From Promethearchaeota archaeon (GTDB lineage Archaea; Asgardarchaeota; Lokiarchaeia; Sigyniarchaeales; SOKP01), in NCBI GenBank assembly GCA_048940645.1, contig JBHLOI010000002.1, positions 32,001 to 96,000 on the forward strand: a stretch of DNA of 64,000 nucleotides. The letters are read 5' to 3'. Under the pieces are notes generated by a model, which did not search any database, had not been told where the DNA came from, and saw nothing but the letters and a program-made list of their open reading frames with translations. The position numbers and the translations under genes are program-made. Positions 1 through 10,241 of this stretch are shown here, piece by piece. How positions within the stretch are numbered: position 1 is the stretch's first letter; each line of letters opens with the position of its first letter.

Positions 1-537
1 GAAATCAGGAGGTTTTTGTAATATTTTTAGTAATAATTTTCCAGTTTCTCTATTAAAGTGACTCTTAAATGATTCTGCATGTAATAAATTAAGTTTTGCT
101 TTGAAAATATCCTCTCTATTAACAATCTGTGAATTAATTTCAGTTCCAACTAAAAAACTGTTAAATTCATATTCTTTTATATTACTTATTGCTTCATCTA
201 CATACTTTTGTAAGTCTAAGAAAATGTCATTACATAAATAACAAGTTGGATTAAGTTCAGGTTTTTTATAATTTAAACCTTCATTTTCTAAAACTTTCTG
301 TGCGGCAGTACAATGAGCCTTTTCAGCTAGAATTTTTAAATTTTTAATTGAATTGTCTTGGTTTTTGCCACGATTTAAATAAATTCTATGATTTTCCATT
401 GTTATTGAAAGTAATAGAGAATCTCCTCTATATTGATTGGTGGTATTGCTCCCTAAAAGAGAAAACATCCTACCTAAACAATGAGTACAAATAAAATGTT
501 CTTCATAAATTTCTATAACTTTACTGAAAATGCTCAT
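1..537 (-). CDS. pus10: tRNA pseudouridine(54/55) synthase Pus10, N-terminal part (runs off the window start)
   Basis: Not in the ORF track. Manual translation from ATG at 537 gives MSIFSKVIEIYEEHFICTHCLGRMFSLLG...TCYLCNDIF...FNSFLVGT...ESFKSHFNRETGK...KPPDF. CxxCLGRxF, CxLCxxIF, FLVG and the FNRExGK motifs are typical of the Pus10 N-terminal Zn/THUMP region. Confidence 0.85.
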   Translation of the reverse strand, partial: MSIFSKVIEIYEEHFICTHCLGRMFSLLGSNTTNQYRGDSLLLSITMENHRIYLNRGKNQDNSIKNLKILAEKAHCTAAQKVLENEGLNYKKPELNPTCYLCNDIFLDLQKYVDEAISNIKEYEFNSFLVGTEINSQIVNREDIFKAKLNLLHAESFKSHFNRETGKLLLKILQKPPDF

Positions 538-693
538 ATTCAATAAATATAATTGGAACTCATTTTTCTTTTTATTGATTTTAATAAAAGAAATCAAATC
601 TTATTAAAAAAATTTTAAAATCAAAGTTTCTTCTCCTAATTAATCTTTAGGTCATCTTAAAATAGGAAATTTAATAGTTTAGGAGAAAAAGTT

Positions 694-930
694 ATGAGCA
701 AAAGAAAGACTGGTTATGTAAAATGGTTTAATTATCGAAAAGGTTATGGCTTTATAACCACTGATGAACAACAAGAGGTTTTTGTACACTTTTCTAACAT
801 AGATATGGACGGATTTAAAAAATTAGATATGGGAGATCATGTTGAATTCGAATTAAAAGAATCTAAAGATGGTAAAGGTTCTGAAGCTACAAATGTGAAA
901 GTAATTCTTAAAGATAAAAGATATTTTTAG
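694..930 (+). CDS. Cold-shock domain protein (CspA family)
   Basis: GYVKWFN..KGYGFI (RNP1) and VFVHFS (RNP2); AGGAGA upstream. Confidence 0.95.
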   Translation: MSKRKTGYVKWFNYRKGYGFITTDEQQEVFVHFSNIDMDGFKKLDMGDHVEFELKESKDGKGSEATNVKVILKDKRYF

Positions 931-999
931 AAAAAAAATGAATATGCATAAAAATAAGTAATAATGAAGATAAGATTTTAAGAACTAATTATCGTCTTC

Positions 1000-1974
1000 T
1001 CAGTCTTCTTCTTCATCCCATCCTAAATCTTTTAAAACAGATTCAAAAGTCTCTGATTCTTTATCTAAAACGAATTCTGTATCGTATTCAGAGGCGGTTT
1101 CTATATTCTGTGATTCTAATTTTGGGGGGGATAAATCATCAAGAGAAGGTAATCCGTCTGGAACTTGTTTTTCTTGGACAATTTGCGGTTCTTGGGCATT
1201 GGTGTCTTCCTCAATTTCCATAGGTGTATAATCTTCAAGAGGAACTGGAGGGATTTCATCATCATAAACCTTAAATCCTGCTTCAGAATCTTCTGAAATT
1301 TGAGGTGTTTCAACAGTTTCCTCAGTTGCAGGAGGATGTTCATGTATTTTTTCATATTCTAACCCAACTGATTTTGGAATTGAAACAATATTATTCTCTG
1401 CCTTTTCTTCAAATTCCTCAACCGCTATTCCTTCCTTTTCCCATTCATTAAGAAATCCCAATAGATCATCTAAAGCAGCTTTATCTTCTTCAAGTGAAGG
1501 GATTTTTAATGCTGAAGCCTCTTGATCTTGTTCTCTAACTAATTTTTGTCTTTCAGATTCTTCTAATGAAAGCGTCATTTCTGTTATTTCATCCCCTGAT
1601 ATTAAGCGATTTAACTTTTTAGCTAACTCACGGAGGTATCCTAAATAATATCCAATTCGATAGACATTCTTTAATCCTCCAAATACAATATATTCATCAT
1701 TTATTGCTAATAATATACTATAACCTGATGTATTATGAAGGATAATCTCTGTTAAGGCCCCATGGGCCGTAGCTTCACTTAATCTTAATCCTAAATCAAT
1801 TAATGCTGTACTTGAAGCAGAAGTAGCATCAGCATCTAATTCTGAGGATAAGGCAGAGGCAACCTTCATTCCAACTCTTGATAATACAGCTAAATTCTCT
1901 AAATCTGTTCTGTCTTCTTCGATTTTAAGAATATTCATCATTTTTTCTCTAACATCTTGAACAAGGGAAGACAT
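1000..1974 (-). CDS. Roadblock/LC7 domain protein with long acidic disordered C-terminal tail
   Basis: The first ~125 aa show the roadblock pattern (AVLSRVGMKVASAL...SASSTALIDLG...LTEIILHNTSGYSILLAINDEYIVFG). The rest is E/D/P-rich. Confidence 0.75.
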   Translation of the reverse strand: MSSLVQDVREKMMNILKIEEDRTDLENLAVLSRVGMKVASALSSELDADATSASSTALIDLGLRLSEATAHGALTEIILHNTSGYSILLAINDEYIVFGGLKNVYRIGYYLGYLRELAKKLNRLISGDEITEMTLSLEESERQKLVREQDQEASALKIPSLEEDKAALDDLLGFLNEWEKEGIAVEEFEEKAENNIVSIPKSVGLEYEKIHEHPPATEETVETPQISEDSEAGFKVYDDEIPPVPLEDYTPMEIEEDTNAQEPQIVQEKQVPDGLPSLDDLSPPKLESQNIETASEYDTEFVLDKESETFESVLKDLGWDEEED

Positions 1975-2078
1975 TTTTAGTCAAAAACTCATTTAGATTT
2001 AAATTTTATTAATAGCAATACTTTTTACCTATTCTTAAATATACAAATAAAATTTATACTAATATATTTTATTATGGG

Positions 2079-2795
2079 TCAAACTAAAAAATCACTTAAA
2101 GTTGTTTGAGTGGATGGAATTTTTTCTAACTTCTTAAAAGAATAACCAGATATATGTGTAATAATCTCTTCAATTTCTTTAACTACATCATCTTCTAAAA
2201 GGTTTTCAGTATCAATAATAAATAATTTGTCTGATTGATCTTGGGATAATAACATCTGTTCATATTGAGAAAGAATTTTTAGAAGATATTCTTTCTCATA
2301 TTCATTCCATTCTCTTCTTATCTTTTCTAATGAACCTCTTTGTATAATTCTTTTAAGGATCGTCTCGGGATAGGCACTAAGATAAATAATATAATCTTCT
2401 CGCCATCTAACTGATTTAAACATATCATATATAAGATTATAATCCTTTTCTTTAAGGTTTAGACTTTTAGAATAAATTAAAACACATTTAGGAGTTCGAT
2501 CTAAGATAATTATCCTTCCGTTGTATAATCTATCAAAATTGAGAATGTTTTGATTTCTTTTAATAAATTGTTGGAGAAAATGCATTTCACTTCTAAAAGC
2601 AATTTGTTTATCAGAAGATCCAAATGGAAAAGGAGGTATTTTTTTATATCTTTCTGGAAAAAATTTGAATTTTTTATTGTTTTCTAATTTTTTCCTTAAA
2701 AGATAATATATTGTAGTTTTTCCAACTCCATGAGCACCAGCTATTGAGATGACTAAATTTTTTTTGCTGCCTTTATTTCTATAAATTTTACCCAA
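2079..2795 (-). CDS. Deoxynucleoside/thymidylate kinase-family P-loop kinase with C-terminal PIP-box-like motif
   Basis: P-loop GAHGVGKT, ILDR motif, lid IYLSAYPETILKRIIQRG; ends QTTLSDFLV. Confidence 0.75.
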   Translation of the reverse strand: MGKIYRNKGSKKNLVISIAGAHGVGKTTIYYLLRKKLENNKKFKFFPERYKKIPPFPFGSSDKQIAFRSEMHFLQQFIKRNQNILNFDRLYNGRIIILDRTPKCVLIYSKSLNLKEKDYNLIYDMFKSVRWREDYIIYLSAYPETILKRIIQRGSLEKIRREWNEYEKEYLLKILSQYEQMLLSQDQSDKLFIIDTENLLEDDVVKEIEEIITHISGYSFKKLEKIPSTQTTLSDFLV

Positions 2796-2916
2796 TCTAT
2801 CTTTCTCCGTAAAGCGATTTTACCGTATAATAAAGAATTTAAGGTGTTAATAATACCATTAGAGTTATTTAATTTTTCTTATTATTAAATTTATATATTA
2901 AGTAGTAAATTGAATT

Positions 2917-4008
2917 CTAAAAAAATAGGATTACAATAACAAGAACTATATTGTAGAAGGTACCTGCTAGGATTGTATTATAGATGTTATTGTTCAATTC
3001 AAAAATTATTCCCAGTAATATTGAACTTGAAAAATAGAATAAAAAAAAGAAAACACTTATCGGAAGCAAAAATACCAAATTTAATAAAGAATACACCAAA
3101 GCAACCAAAATAATTACAGTGATTCTTCCAATAATGTTGTTTTCAAAATGATTTTTTAATGTATTATGTAAAACTCCTCTAAAAACAATTTCAGAGGATA
3201 TAGTACTTATGCTCATAAAAATAATTAATATAATGTCCCATAAAAGTCCAGCTTCTCGAATAATTTGATTTTGTAAGGCAATTTCACCAGGAAGATCAAT
3301 ACCAAAAGTAATACCAGAATTATAGAGAAAATCTGTGAACATATCAGAAAAGAAACTAATCTCAAATAAAATTACACTAGATATTACTCCGATAATAAAA
3401 GCAAGTACAATCAATTTTTTACGAGATCTAAATCCTAATTTCGTAAAACTGTGTTTTTTAGAATAAATATACCATAAAGGATAAACACCAAAAATTATTT
3501 CAGGAATGTGACTTAAGAAAATTGTAAAGATATTCACATCTCCAGAAACTCCCGTTAATAACATGATAATCAATAGTCGAATAGTTATATATGCCATTAA
3601 GGAATTTCCAAAAACACTAATTCCCTCCCTCAAATTCCATATATCTTTTTTTAATATGAGTTTTTGTTCAGGTATTAATTTTTTATTTGTGAAAATGAAT
3701 CCTGAGCTTTTTTGAGGAACTTGAGATGCAACTCGCTTTTGATCTTTCGATAATTTTTCTAATTTTGTATTACAAATTGGACATTGCTCTAATATAGGAG
3801 AAGTAATTATAGAACCACATCCAGGACACTTTCTAGATACAGTTTTTTTGACTTTTAATGAGGTTGGTTCTTCAATTAAATCTACTTTTTCAGATTTCAT
3901 CTTTAAAACTAATTTCCCGCATCGGGGGCAATAAGTTTGATTCATGTCAACAGTTTCACCACAATGTACACAATATTTTACTGCTGGTTTTTTGTTATTA
4001 TCTGACAT
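2917..4008 (-). CDS. Double zinc-ribbon plus CPBP/Abi (type II CAAX protease-like) membrane protein, catalytic motifs degenerate
   Basis: Four CxxC pairs (CVHC, CPRC, CPGC, CPIC), multiple TM helices, SEIVFRG similar to EExxFRG. Confidence 0.7.
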   Translation of the reverse strand: MSDNNKKPAVKYCVHCGETVDMNQTYCPRCGKLVLKMKSEKVDLIEEPTSLKVKKTVSRKCPGCGSIITSPILEQCPICNTKLEKLSKDQKRVASQVPQKSSGFIFTNKKLIPEQKLILKKDIWNLREGISVFGNSLMAYITIRLLIIMLLTGVSGDVNIFTIFLSHIPEIIFGVYPLWYIYSKKHSFTKLGFRSRKKLIVLAFIIGVISSVILFEISFFSDMFTDFLYNSGITFGIDLPGEIALQNQIIREAGLLWDIILIIFMSISTISSEIVFRGVLHNTLKNHFENNIIGRITVIILVALVYSLLNLVFLLPISVFFFLFYFSSSILLGIIFELNNNIYNTILAGTFYNIVLVIVILFF

Positions 4009-4156
4009 TGTTATATCGAAATTAGGATTTTAATATTCTTAAGCACATAACATATGTAAAAGTACTTGTTTTAACTTAGTAAAAAATATAAATTAAAAAT
4101 TATATAGTTTATGATTATTTTTACTAATTATCAAATAATTTCATAACTATTTTACT

Positions 4157-5308
4157 ATGAAGAGTAGAGAAAGGGTTAAAAGAGCGTTCCATTATGAAAA
4201 ACCCGATCGAGTTCCAATGTTTAGCATGAATTTGATTAAATCAGATTTTTTATATGGTATTCTATTTAATTCAAAAATATGGCAACCTGAAAACTATCCA
4301 CCTCACGTTTCAGGAGGAGTATATTCAATTTCCAAATTATATTATCGCCTTCTTGTATATAATTGGGAGAAAAAGTTTAGAAAGAAAGCAGAATACCCAA
4401 AAAGATGGTGGAAATACCCTCATACTAGTATAGATGAGTGGAATATTTTGTGGAAATCTGCTGGAACTGAAAGCAAAGATATTACCAAAGGACATCCTTG
4501 TTTTGGTCCAATTCAGGATAATTGGGACAATTTAATCAACTTTGAAATACCTAATGGATCAAATTCAGATAGATTTCGATTAGTTCGATTTAAATTATGG
4601 AAAATCTTGGCAAAAAACAAATACACTGTAGGAGTATTAGATGTAAATGGCTTTTTCAATTTATGTTCCCAACTTAGAGGTTTTAATAACATTTTAATAG
4701 ACTTTGTGAGAAATTCTAATAAGGTGCATATATTAATAAACAAATTGGTTCCCTACTTTCTAGATCAGATAAAGGAATATAAAAGCCAATATCCAAAATT
4801 AGATGCAATATATGTAGCTGATGATCTAGGTACACAAAAGTCACCTTTCATAAGTCCGGTAATATTTAATACATTTTTTAAGAAACCTTACAAGAAAATT
4901 ATTAATTTAACACATGATTTAGATATGGATTTTATACTCCATTCATGTGGCCAAATTTTCGAACTGATGCCAAATGTCATAGATACCGGGGTTGATGTTT
5001 TTCAATTTGATAGCCCTTTAATGACTGGTGTAGAAAATTTCAAGCTGTATTCCGAACAAAGAAAGGTTGCTTTTTGGCTCTCTTCGAACATTCAGAGCAC
5101 TTACATACTTGGAACTCCGATAGATGTGGAGAATGAAATAAAATATTATATTGAGCAGATAGGGAAAAAGAATGGGGGATTAGCGATTTGCGAATATGAC
5201 TCAAATAGCACTTTAGGCACTCCCAAAGAAAATATTATAGCCCAAAGGGAAGCTACATTAAAATGGGGCATATATAATCAGGAAGGGTATATTACTTGGT
5301 TAGTATAA
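4157..5308 (+). CDS. Uroporphyrinogen decarboxylase / MtaA-CmuA methyltransferase-family protein
   Basis: MKSRERV...PDRVP start, DDLGTQ, ILHSCG, GVDV motifs. Confidence 0.8.
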   Translation: MKSRERVKRAFHYEKPDRVPMFSMNLIKSDFLYGILFNSKIWQPENYPPHVSGGVYSISKLYYRLLVYNWEKKFRKKAEYPKRWWKYPHTSIDEWNILWKSAGTESKDITKGHPCFGPIQDNWDNLINFEIPNGSNSDRFRLVRFKLWKILAKNKYTVGVLDVNGFFNLCSQLRGFNNILIDFVRNSNKVHILINKLVPYFLDQIKEYKSQYPKLDAIYVADDLGTQKSPFISPVIFNTFFKKPYKKIINLTHDLDMDFILHSCGQIFELMPNVIDTGVDVFQFDSPLMTGVENFKLYSEQRKVAFWLSSNIQSTYILGTPIDVENEIKYYIEQIGKKNGGLAICEYDSNSTLGTPKENIIAQREATLKWGIYNQEGYITWLV

Positions 5309-5451
5309 TATAAAAATTTATCTAAAAAAGGTTATATAAATTAAATTATGAAGATTTTCAAGAAAAGAATTAATGAAATTAGAGGAAAATTTGTAATAAT
5401 TGGATAGGAAATATTAAAAATTTAATATAAGCAAAATAGAATGAATATTTA

Positions 5452-6708
5452 TTAAGGTTTGTCGTCAAATTTTTTTAAATTTTTTCTTGTAATATTATAC
5501 ATTTCCATTAATAACAATCCATGATAATATGATATCGCATCAAAATAAACTTCTCCCAGTTCAGATTTACCAGAATGTACTAAAGCCAATTGAGCATTCA
5601 AAGCGGTTTTAATTAACAATTCTACCCCAGTATAAATTAAATTTGGACTCCAAATCCCTCTATCTGGATTTGCCCACCAAGTAGGACAAGAATATAATCC
5701 TCTATCATAAAAATATCGAGCGGTTTTATAATAATTCTCAATATCCCAATCTTCTGTAAAATCTAAACTATCCACTATATTAATTAGATTATGTAAGCTA
5801 TTCATTATTTTCCAGTAATATTTATGAATGATATTATCTGGATTTCTCCATAGGGGGTAGGGTAATCCAGATTTTAAATCATCATAGGTAGTACTCCAGC
5901 TTGAATCATTTGGTATTATATGTTTCTTCACCATAGGGAAATAATTATTTAATTCAGATATAAAAATCATTTTGATACTTTCTTCTTCACTGATTAATTC
6001 CATAGTTTTTCCCAGAAATATTTTTTCATAGTTCTTTACGTGATGCCCAAATGTTTCTCCATCCATTGCTGTTATGATATATGTATCATTGGCATTTTTC
6101 TGCTTTGGATCCTTATGGGTAGTTTTTAAATCTTTAACAAATTCTTTGGCGGAAATATGTTTAAACGAAATTTTATTACTCAATATGTCATCTCTAAAGT
6201 AAAGCAATAAACCATTTGGGGAAGTAAAGATCTTATCATAAGGCCATTCCACAGGACAAGCAATTCCGCTTAAAATGACCCATTTATAACCTAAATCTCT
6301 TAAAAATTTAGCCACTTTAGAATTAATCGATAATTCGGGAGGGAAAAAGCCTTTTCTTTCCCATCTTCCAAATGTCTTAATGTTCACTTCTTCATTTATT
6401 TGAATTTGATGTTGTGCTTCTTTTCTTGGAATTAAGGGCAAAATTGGATGAAATTTTGCGGTACCAACTACTTCTATTTTATTTTCAACTACTAAGTCTT
6501 TTATTAATTCAATAGTATCTCCAAAATCATATTCATATAACATTTCGATAAGGATACCATTAATATTTAAACAAAATTTAGCGTTATCATATCCTTTAAT
6601 TAGAGAAAATAATGGTTTATAACATTCTTCATTAATCCTCTTTAAAACTTTAATATCCTGAGTCGGAGGTTGATATATATGTATAAGAGGGGCAAAATAT
6701 GTTGTCAT
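5452..6708 (-). CDS. Glycoside hydrolase family 57 (amylase/amylopullulanase-like)
   Basis: HIYQP, HPILPL, GFFPPELS (nucleophile E), MDGETFGHH (acid/base), SSW. Confidence 0.9.
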   Translation of the reverse strand: MTTYFAPLIHIYQPPTQDIKVLKRINEECYKPLFSLIKGYDNAKFCLNINGILIEMLYEYDFGDTIELIKDLVVENKIEVVGTAKFHPILPLIPRKEAQHQIQINEEVNIKTFGRWERKGFFPPELSINSKVAKFLRDLGYKWVILSGIACPVEWPYDKIFTSPNGLLLYFRDDILSNKISFKHISAKEFVKDLKTTHKDPKQKNANDTYIITAMDGETFGHHVKNYEKIFLGKTMELISEEESIKMIFISELNNYFPMVKKHIIPNDSSWSTTYDDLKSGLPYPLWRNPDNIIHKYYWKIMNSLHNLINIVDSLDFTEDWDIENYYKTARYFYDRGLYSCPTWWANPDRGIWSPNLIYTGVELLIKTALNAQLALVHSGKSELGEVYFDAISYYHGLLLMEMYNITRKNLKKFDDKP

Positions 6709-6775
6709 TTTTAATCTATATTTAATTAGTTATAATTTAAAAAATTAATAATTTGTATTGCTAATTAATTTTGGG

Positions 6776-8335
6776 TTAACTAAATGAAGTTTTAAAATTT
6801 TGTAGGGCTTTATTACGATTTATACAAGGTTTACATTTTCCACATGGCTCGTTAAAATCTCCATAACAACTCCATGTTAGATCAATAGGGACCTTAAGCT
6901 TTTTAGCTAACTTAATAATTCCTAATTTATCTAGTTTTGCTAAAGGAAAAATTAATTTTAAATTAGTTCTATCCTCTTTATGTTTAGATTTCAATATTAA
7001 TTTTTCCAAAGATTTAAAGAAAGATAATTCAGAATCCGGAAAAGATTTTGGATCCTCAACAATATGGCCTCCAATGACAAATTCACATCCGTAAATTTGT
7101 GCATAATAAGCTGCTATAGAATAAAATATTAAATTACGCAGCGGTATATAGCCTTCGGGTGCATTAAAAGCGGAAATAACAGGATACCCCTCAAAAAGTA
7201 GATCGGTTGCTTGTGCTATAAATGGGATATTAACCTCAGTTAATTCAACTCCAGCTATCTTTGCTAATTCTCTAGCAGCTTGTTTTTCTTTCTCTGGTCT
7301 ATATTGATAATTCATCGAAAGCGTAATAACTCTATAACCTTGTTTAATTGCCCAAAAAAGCGTTGTTGTAGAATCAATACCACCAGAAAGTAGTATTATT
7401 GCTCGGTTTTCTGATCTATCTAACTTAGGTTGTAGTTTCGCTAATACTGCTGCTTTAACTGCTTCACTTAAAGAGGTAAGCTTATAATTCAAAATTTGGG
7501 CAGTTAAATTTCCATCTAAATTTAGATTACACCGCATAACATCAACCATTTCTTCGCAAATGTCTAATTCATCAGCAGCTTTATCATAGTCAATGTAATT
7601 AAAATCTGGTTTGGGAATATTTATGCCAATTTTTTTTATATTTGAATAGACCCTATCAACTAATTTATTCATATTGGTAGTTTCTGGGCCTACAAGGTTG
7701 TATATTTGATTATCCTTACCAATTCCATCAGCAGCTGCTAAAAATGCTTTAACCGCATCTTTAACATAAATAGGTTGCATTGGGATTTTTCCATCTCCAG
7801 CGATTAATACAATCCCATTAGAGATTTGCTCAATAATCTCAGGAATTAACTCATCATTTGGACCTAAGATATAGGAGGGTCTAAAAATAATATAAGGAAT
7901 TTTACTCTCTTGCAATAGCTGTTCTGCCTTTTTTTTTGAGTAAAAATAATTATTATTGGCCCATTCCTCAATACCAACTTTATCAACACCTAACCCCGAG
8001 GGATATATTATTCTTGATACATTTTGGCTTTTAGCAGCTTCTATAACATTTTTCAACCCATTAACATTTATACTTTCAAATAATTCCTTACTTCCACATA
8101 CAATATTCGCAAAATGTAATACTGCCTTACACCCATTAAATGCTTGTTCTAATTTTTCGATTGCAAAATTTTTTACAATATAAGGTTTTGCTCCTAGGTT
8201 TTTAACCAACTCAACAACTTCTTGTCGTCGTACAATAGCATTAACTTTCCATCCTAATTTTATTGCTTCCTTTATAGTGTGTTGTCCAAGGTAGCCATTA
8301 GCACCAGTTATTGCAACTCTTTTTGTTTCATTCAT
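6776..8335 (-). CDS. queC: NAD(P)-binding SDR/epimerase domain fused to 7-cyano-7-deazaguanine synthase QueC
   Basis: N-terminal half has GANGYLG, YxxxK (YFYSK) and FRPSYILG. C-terminal half has SGGIDS, YIPLRN, FPD and WSCY..PCGKCKPC. Confidence 0.88.
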   Translation of the reverse strand: MNETKRVAITGANGYLGQHTIKEAIKLGWKVNAIVRRQEVVELVKNLGAKPYIVKNFAIEKLEQAFNGCKAVLHFANIVCGSKELFESINVNGLKNVIEAAKSQNVSRIIYPSGLGVDKVGIEEWANNNYFYSKKKAEQLLQESKIPYIIFRPSYILGPNDELIPEIIEQISNGIVLIAGDGKIPMQPIYVKDAVKAFLAAADGIGKDNQIYNLVGPETTNMNKLVDRVYSNIKKIGINIPKPDFNYIDYDKAADELDICEEMVDVMRCNLNLDGNLTAQILNYKLTSLSEAVKAAVLAKLQPKLDRSENRAIILLSGGIDSTTTLFWAIKQGYRVITLSMNYQYRPEKEKQAARELAKIAGVELTEVNIPFIAQATDLLFEGYPVISAFNAPEGYIPLRNLIFYSIAAYYAQIYGCEFVIGGHIVEDPKSFPDSELSFFKSLEKLILKSKHKEDRTNLKLIFPLAKLDKLGIIKLAKKLKVPIDLTWSCYGDFNEPCGKCKPCINRNKALQNFKTSFS

Positions 8336-8510
8336 ATTAATATCTCATTTTTATATTGATTATCCAAATTAATATTTATCCTACATATTTTAAAAATCAT
8401 AAGAACAGATAGAATAGATTTATAATCTTTAAACACAAAATATAAAAAGATTCAAAAGAAATTCAATACAATTCCAATAATTAAAATAATTTAAAATAGA
8501 TTGACATTCT

Positions 8511-8966
8511 ATGGGATATAAAGTTATTATCAATTCTAACAAAATCAAATTCAGTGCTTGTCATTTTCTTAAAGAACCTCGCAAATGTTCAAGGCTTCAT
8601 GGTCATAATTATTATGTTTCTGTTGAGCTAGAAGATGAATTAGATGATAATTACTTTGTTGATGATTTTATCAAATTAAAAAAGAATATTAAGGAAATTG
8701 TTAAACATTTAGATCATTTCATTCTGATACCAGAAGAAGCACCTTATTTAAAATTCAAAAAAGATCAAACCTCTGTAGAAGTTCTAACATCAAATAAACG
8801 CTATGTTTTTCCTCTCTCAGAAGTTAAATTTCTTCCAATTCCGGCTAGTACTAGTGAACTTTTAGCTAAATATATTCATAGTAAAGTTAAAGAGATCTAT
8901 AAAGATAAGAAAATTTCTGTTAAATTAGAAGAAAGTAAAGATGCAATAGCTGTTTATGAAGATTGA
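8511..8966 (+). CDS. queD: 6-carboxytetrahydropterin synthase (QueD/PTPS family)
   Basis: FSACH, CSRLHGHNY (CxxxHGH), LDH, STSELLA; divergent from queC. Confidence 0.88.
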   Translation: MGYKVIINSNKIKFSACHFLKEPRKCSRLHGHNYYVSVELEDELDDNYFVDDFIKLKKNIKEIVKHLDHFILIPEEAPYLKFKKDQTSVEVLTSNKRYVFPLSEVKFLPIPASTSELLAKYIHSKVKEIYKDKKISVKLEESKDAIAVYED

Positions 8967-8980
8967 TAATTACACTTTTA

Positions 8981-10090
8981 CTACTTTTCTATTATTGTTT
9001 CTTTTATTTTTGTACCAAAATGTGTGGCTCCTGGTCCAAGATGAACTAAAATTTCATCTCCTAATTTTATATCTACTACTGATTTTGCATTACCATTTGA
9101 ATCCACTAATCTTATAGTTTCTGCATTTTGACAGATACAACTTAAATGAATCCTCTCATTATTAATAACTGTCTCCAATTTAAATCTTAGCATAGGGCGT
9201 GTTTCTATTTTAACTCTTCCCACAGAGGCAATTCTTCCAATTCCATCAACATTAACAATTAAAACTTTATCTCCCCCTTCTAATTCACTTAGATATTTCG
9301 TTCGGAAATTGAAAGGGTCATCTCCAGGTACTAATATATAGGCAGATACATCCCCCGCATTGACACGAAATGGTCTGGAAGCAACAAACTGCGTTTCAAA
9401 TACTTCTGCATGAACTAAAGCAAAACCTTGAGCAGTACTTCCCACAAGCATACCTTCTCCTTTATATAAGAGAGAAGTAGTATCAACACAGACTCTATCA
9501 CTTTCAGGTAATTTTTGAATATTAATGACTTTTGCTTTATTTAATCCTACTCTAATAGCTGGTTGCATAATTTTCTTTAATTCTGCTAAATCATTCACAT
9601 CCTTTGGAGTTATTAAAATTCCATCAACACCGATTTCAAGTGTTTTTAGCATTAATTCTACTTCTTCAATATTATCTACATTTGCTATCAGTTCAATATC
9701 AGTTGATTGTGTCATAGCAATTAAATTTTCAAATGGAATTATTTTCCAATCAGGAGCAGAAACAATTATAAAATCAACTTTTTTGTTTTTTGATAGTTCT
9801 TTTACTAATATCTCATTTTCCTTTGATTCAATAATTTCATAAAAGCCAATACTTTTTTCTTCGGAATATTTTTTTCCTAACTTTTCTAAATCCTCTTTAG
9901 AATCAAAAATTATATGATCTGTGGATATCTCAGGAAATCTGGAATATATATTAATACGCTCAATATTTTCGAAATATTTAACTGTTTCATTAGATACTAA
10001 AAAATTCAAAAAGTCTTTATTAAAAGCTTCTTGGACTAATTCATTAAATTTATTTATTTCATGCTCAAAATTCAAAATTATTCGTTTCAT
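8981..10090 (-). CDS. aroB': 3-dehydroquinate synthase II (archaeal type)
   Basis: WKIIPFENLIA, DRVCVDT, GEGMLVGS, RPFRVNAG, GRVKIETRP, QNAETIRL, HFG..IKETIIEK. Confidence 0.93.
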   Translation of the reverse strand: MKRIILNFEHEINKFNELVQEAFNKDFLNFLVSNETVKYFENIERINIYSRFPEISTDHIIFDSKEDLEKLGKKYSEEKSIGFYEIIESKENEILVKELSKNKKVDFIIVSAPDWKIIPFENLIAMTQSTDIELIANVDNIEEVELMLKTLEIGVDGILITPKDVNDLAELKKIMQPAIRVGLNKAKVINIQKLPESDRVCVDTTSLLYKGEGMLVGSTAQGFALVHAEVFETQFVASRPFRVNAGDVSAYILVPGDDPFNFRTKYLSELEGGDKVLIVNVDGIGRIASVGRVKIETRPMLRFKLETVINNERIHLSCICQNAETIRLVDSNGNAKSVVDIKLGDEILVHLGPGATHFGTKIKETIIEK

Positions 10091-10241
10091 ACACCATCGA
10101 CAAATTCTGGACTCTGAAAGTTTTATTGCTATAAAATTTTTTTTTAATTATATTCTATTAAATTTTTAAGTTAAAAAAATCATATTAATTATAAAAGAGA
10201 TAACATTAAAATAAACTTCTAACGGGAGTTGAAAAAAGCAA

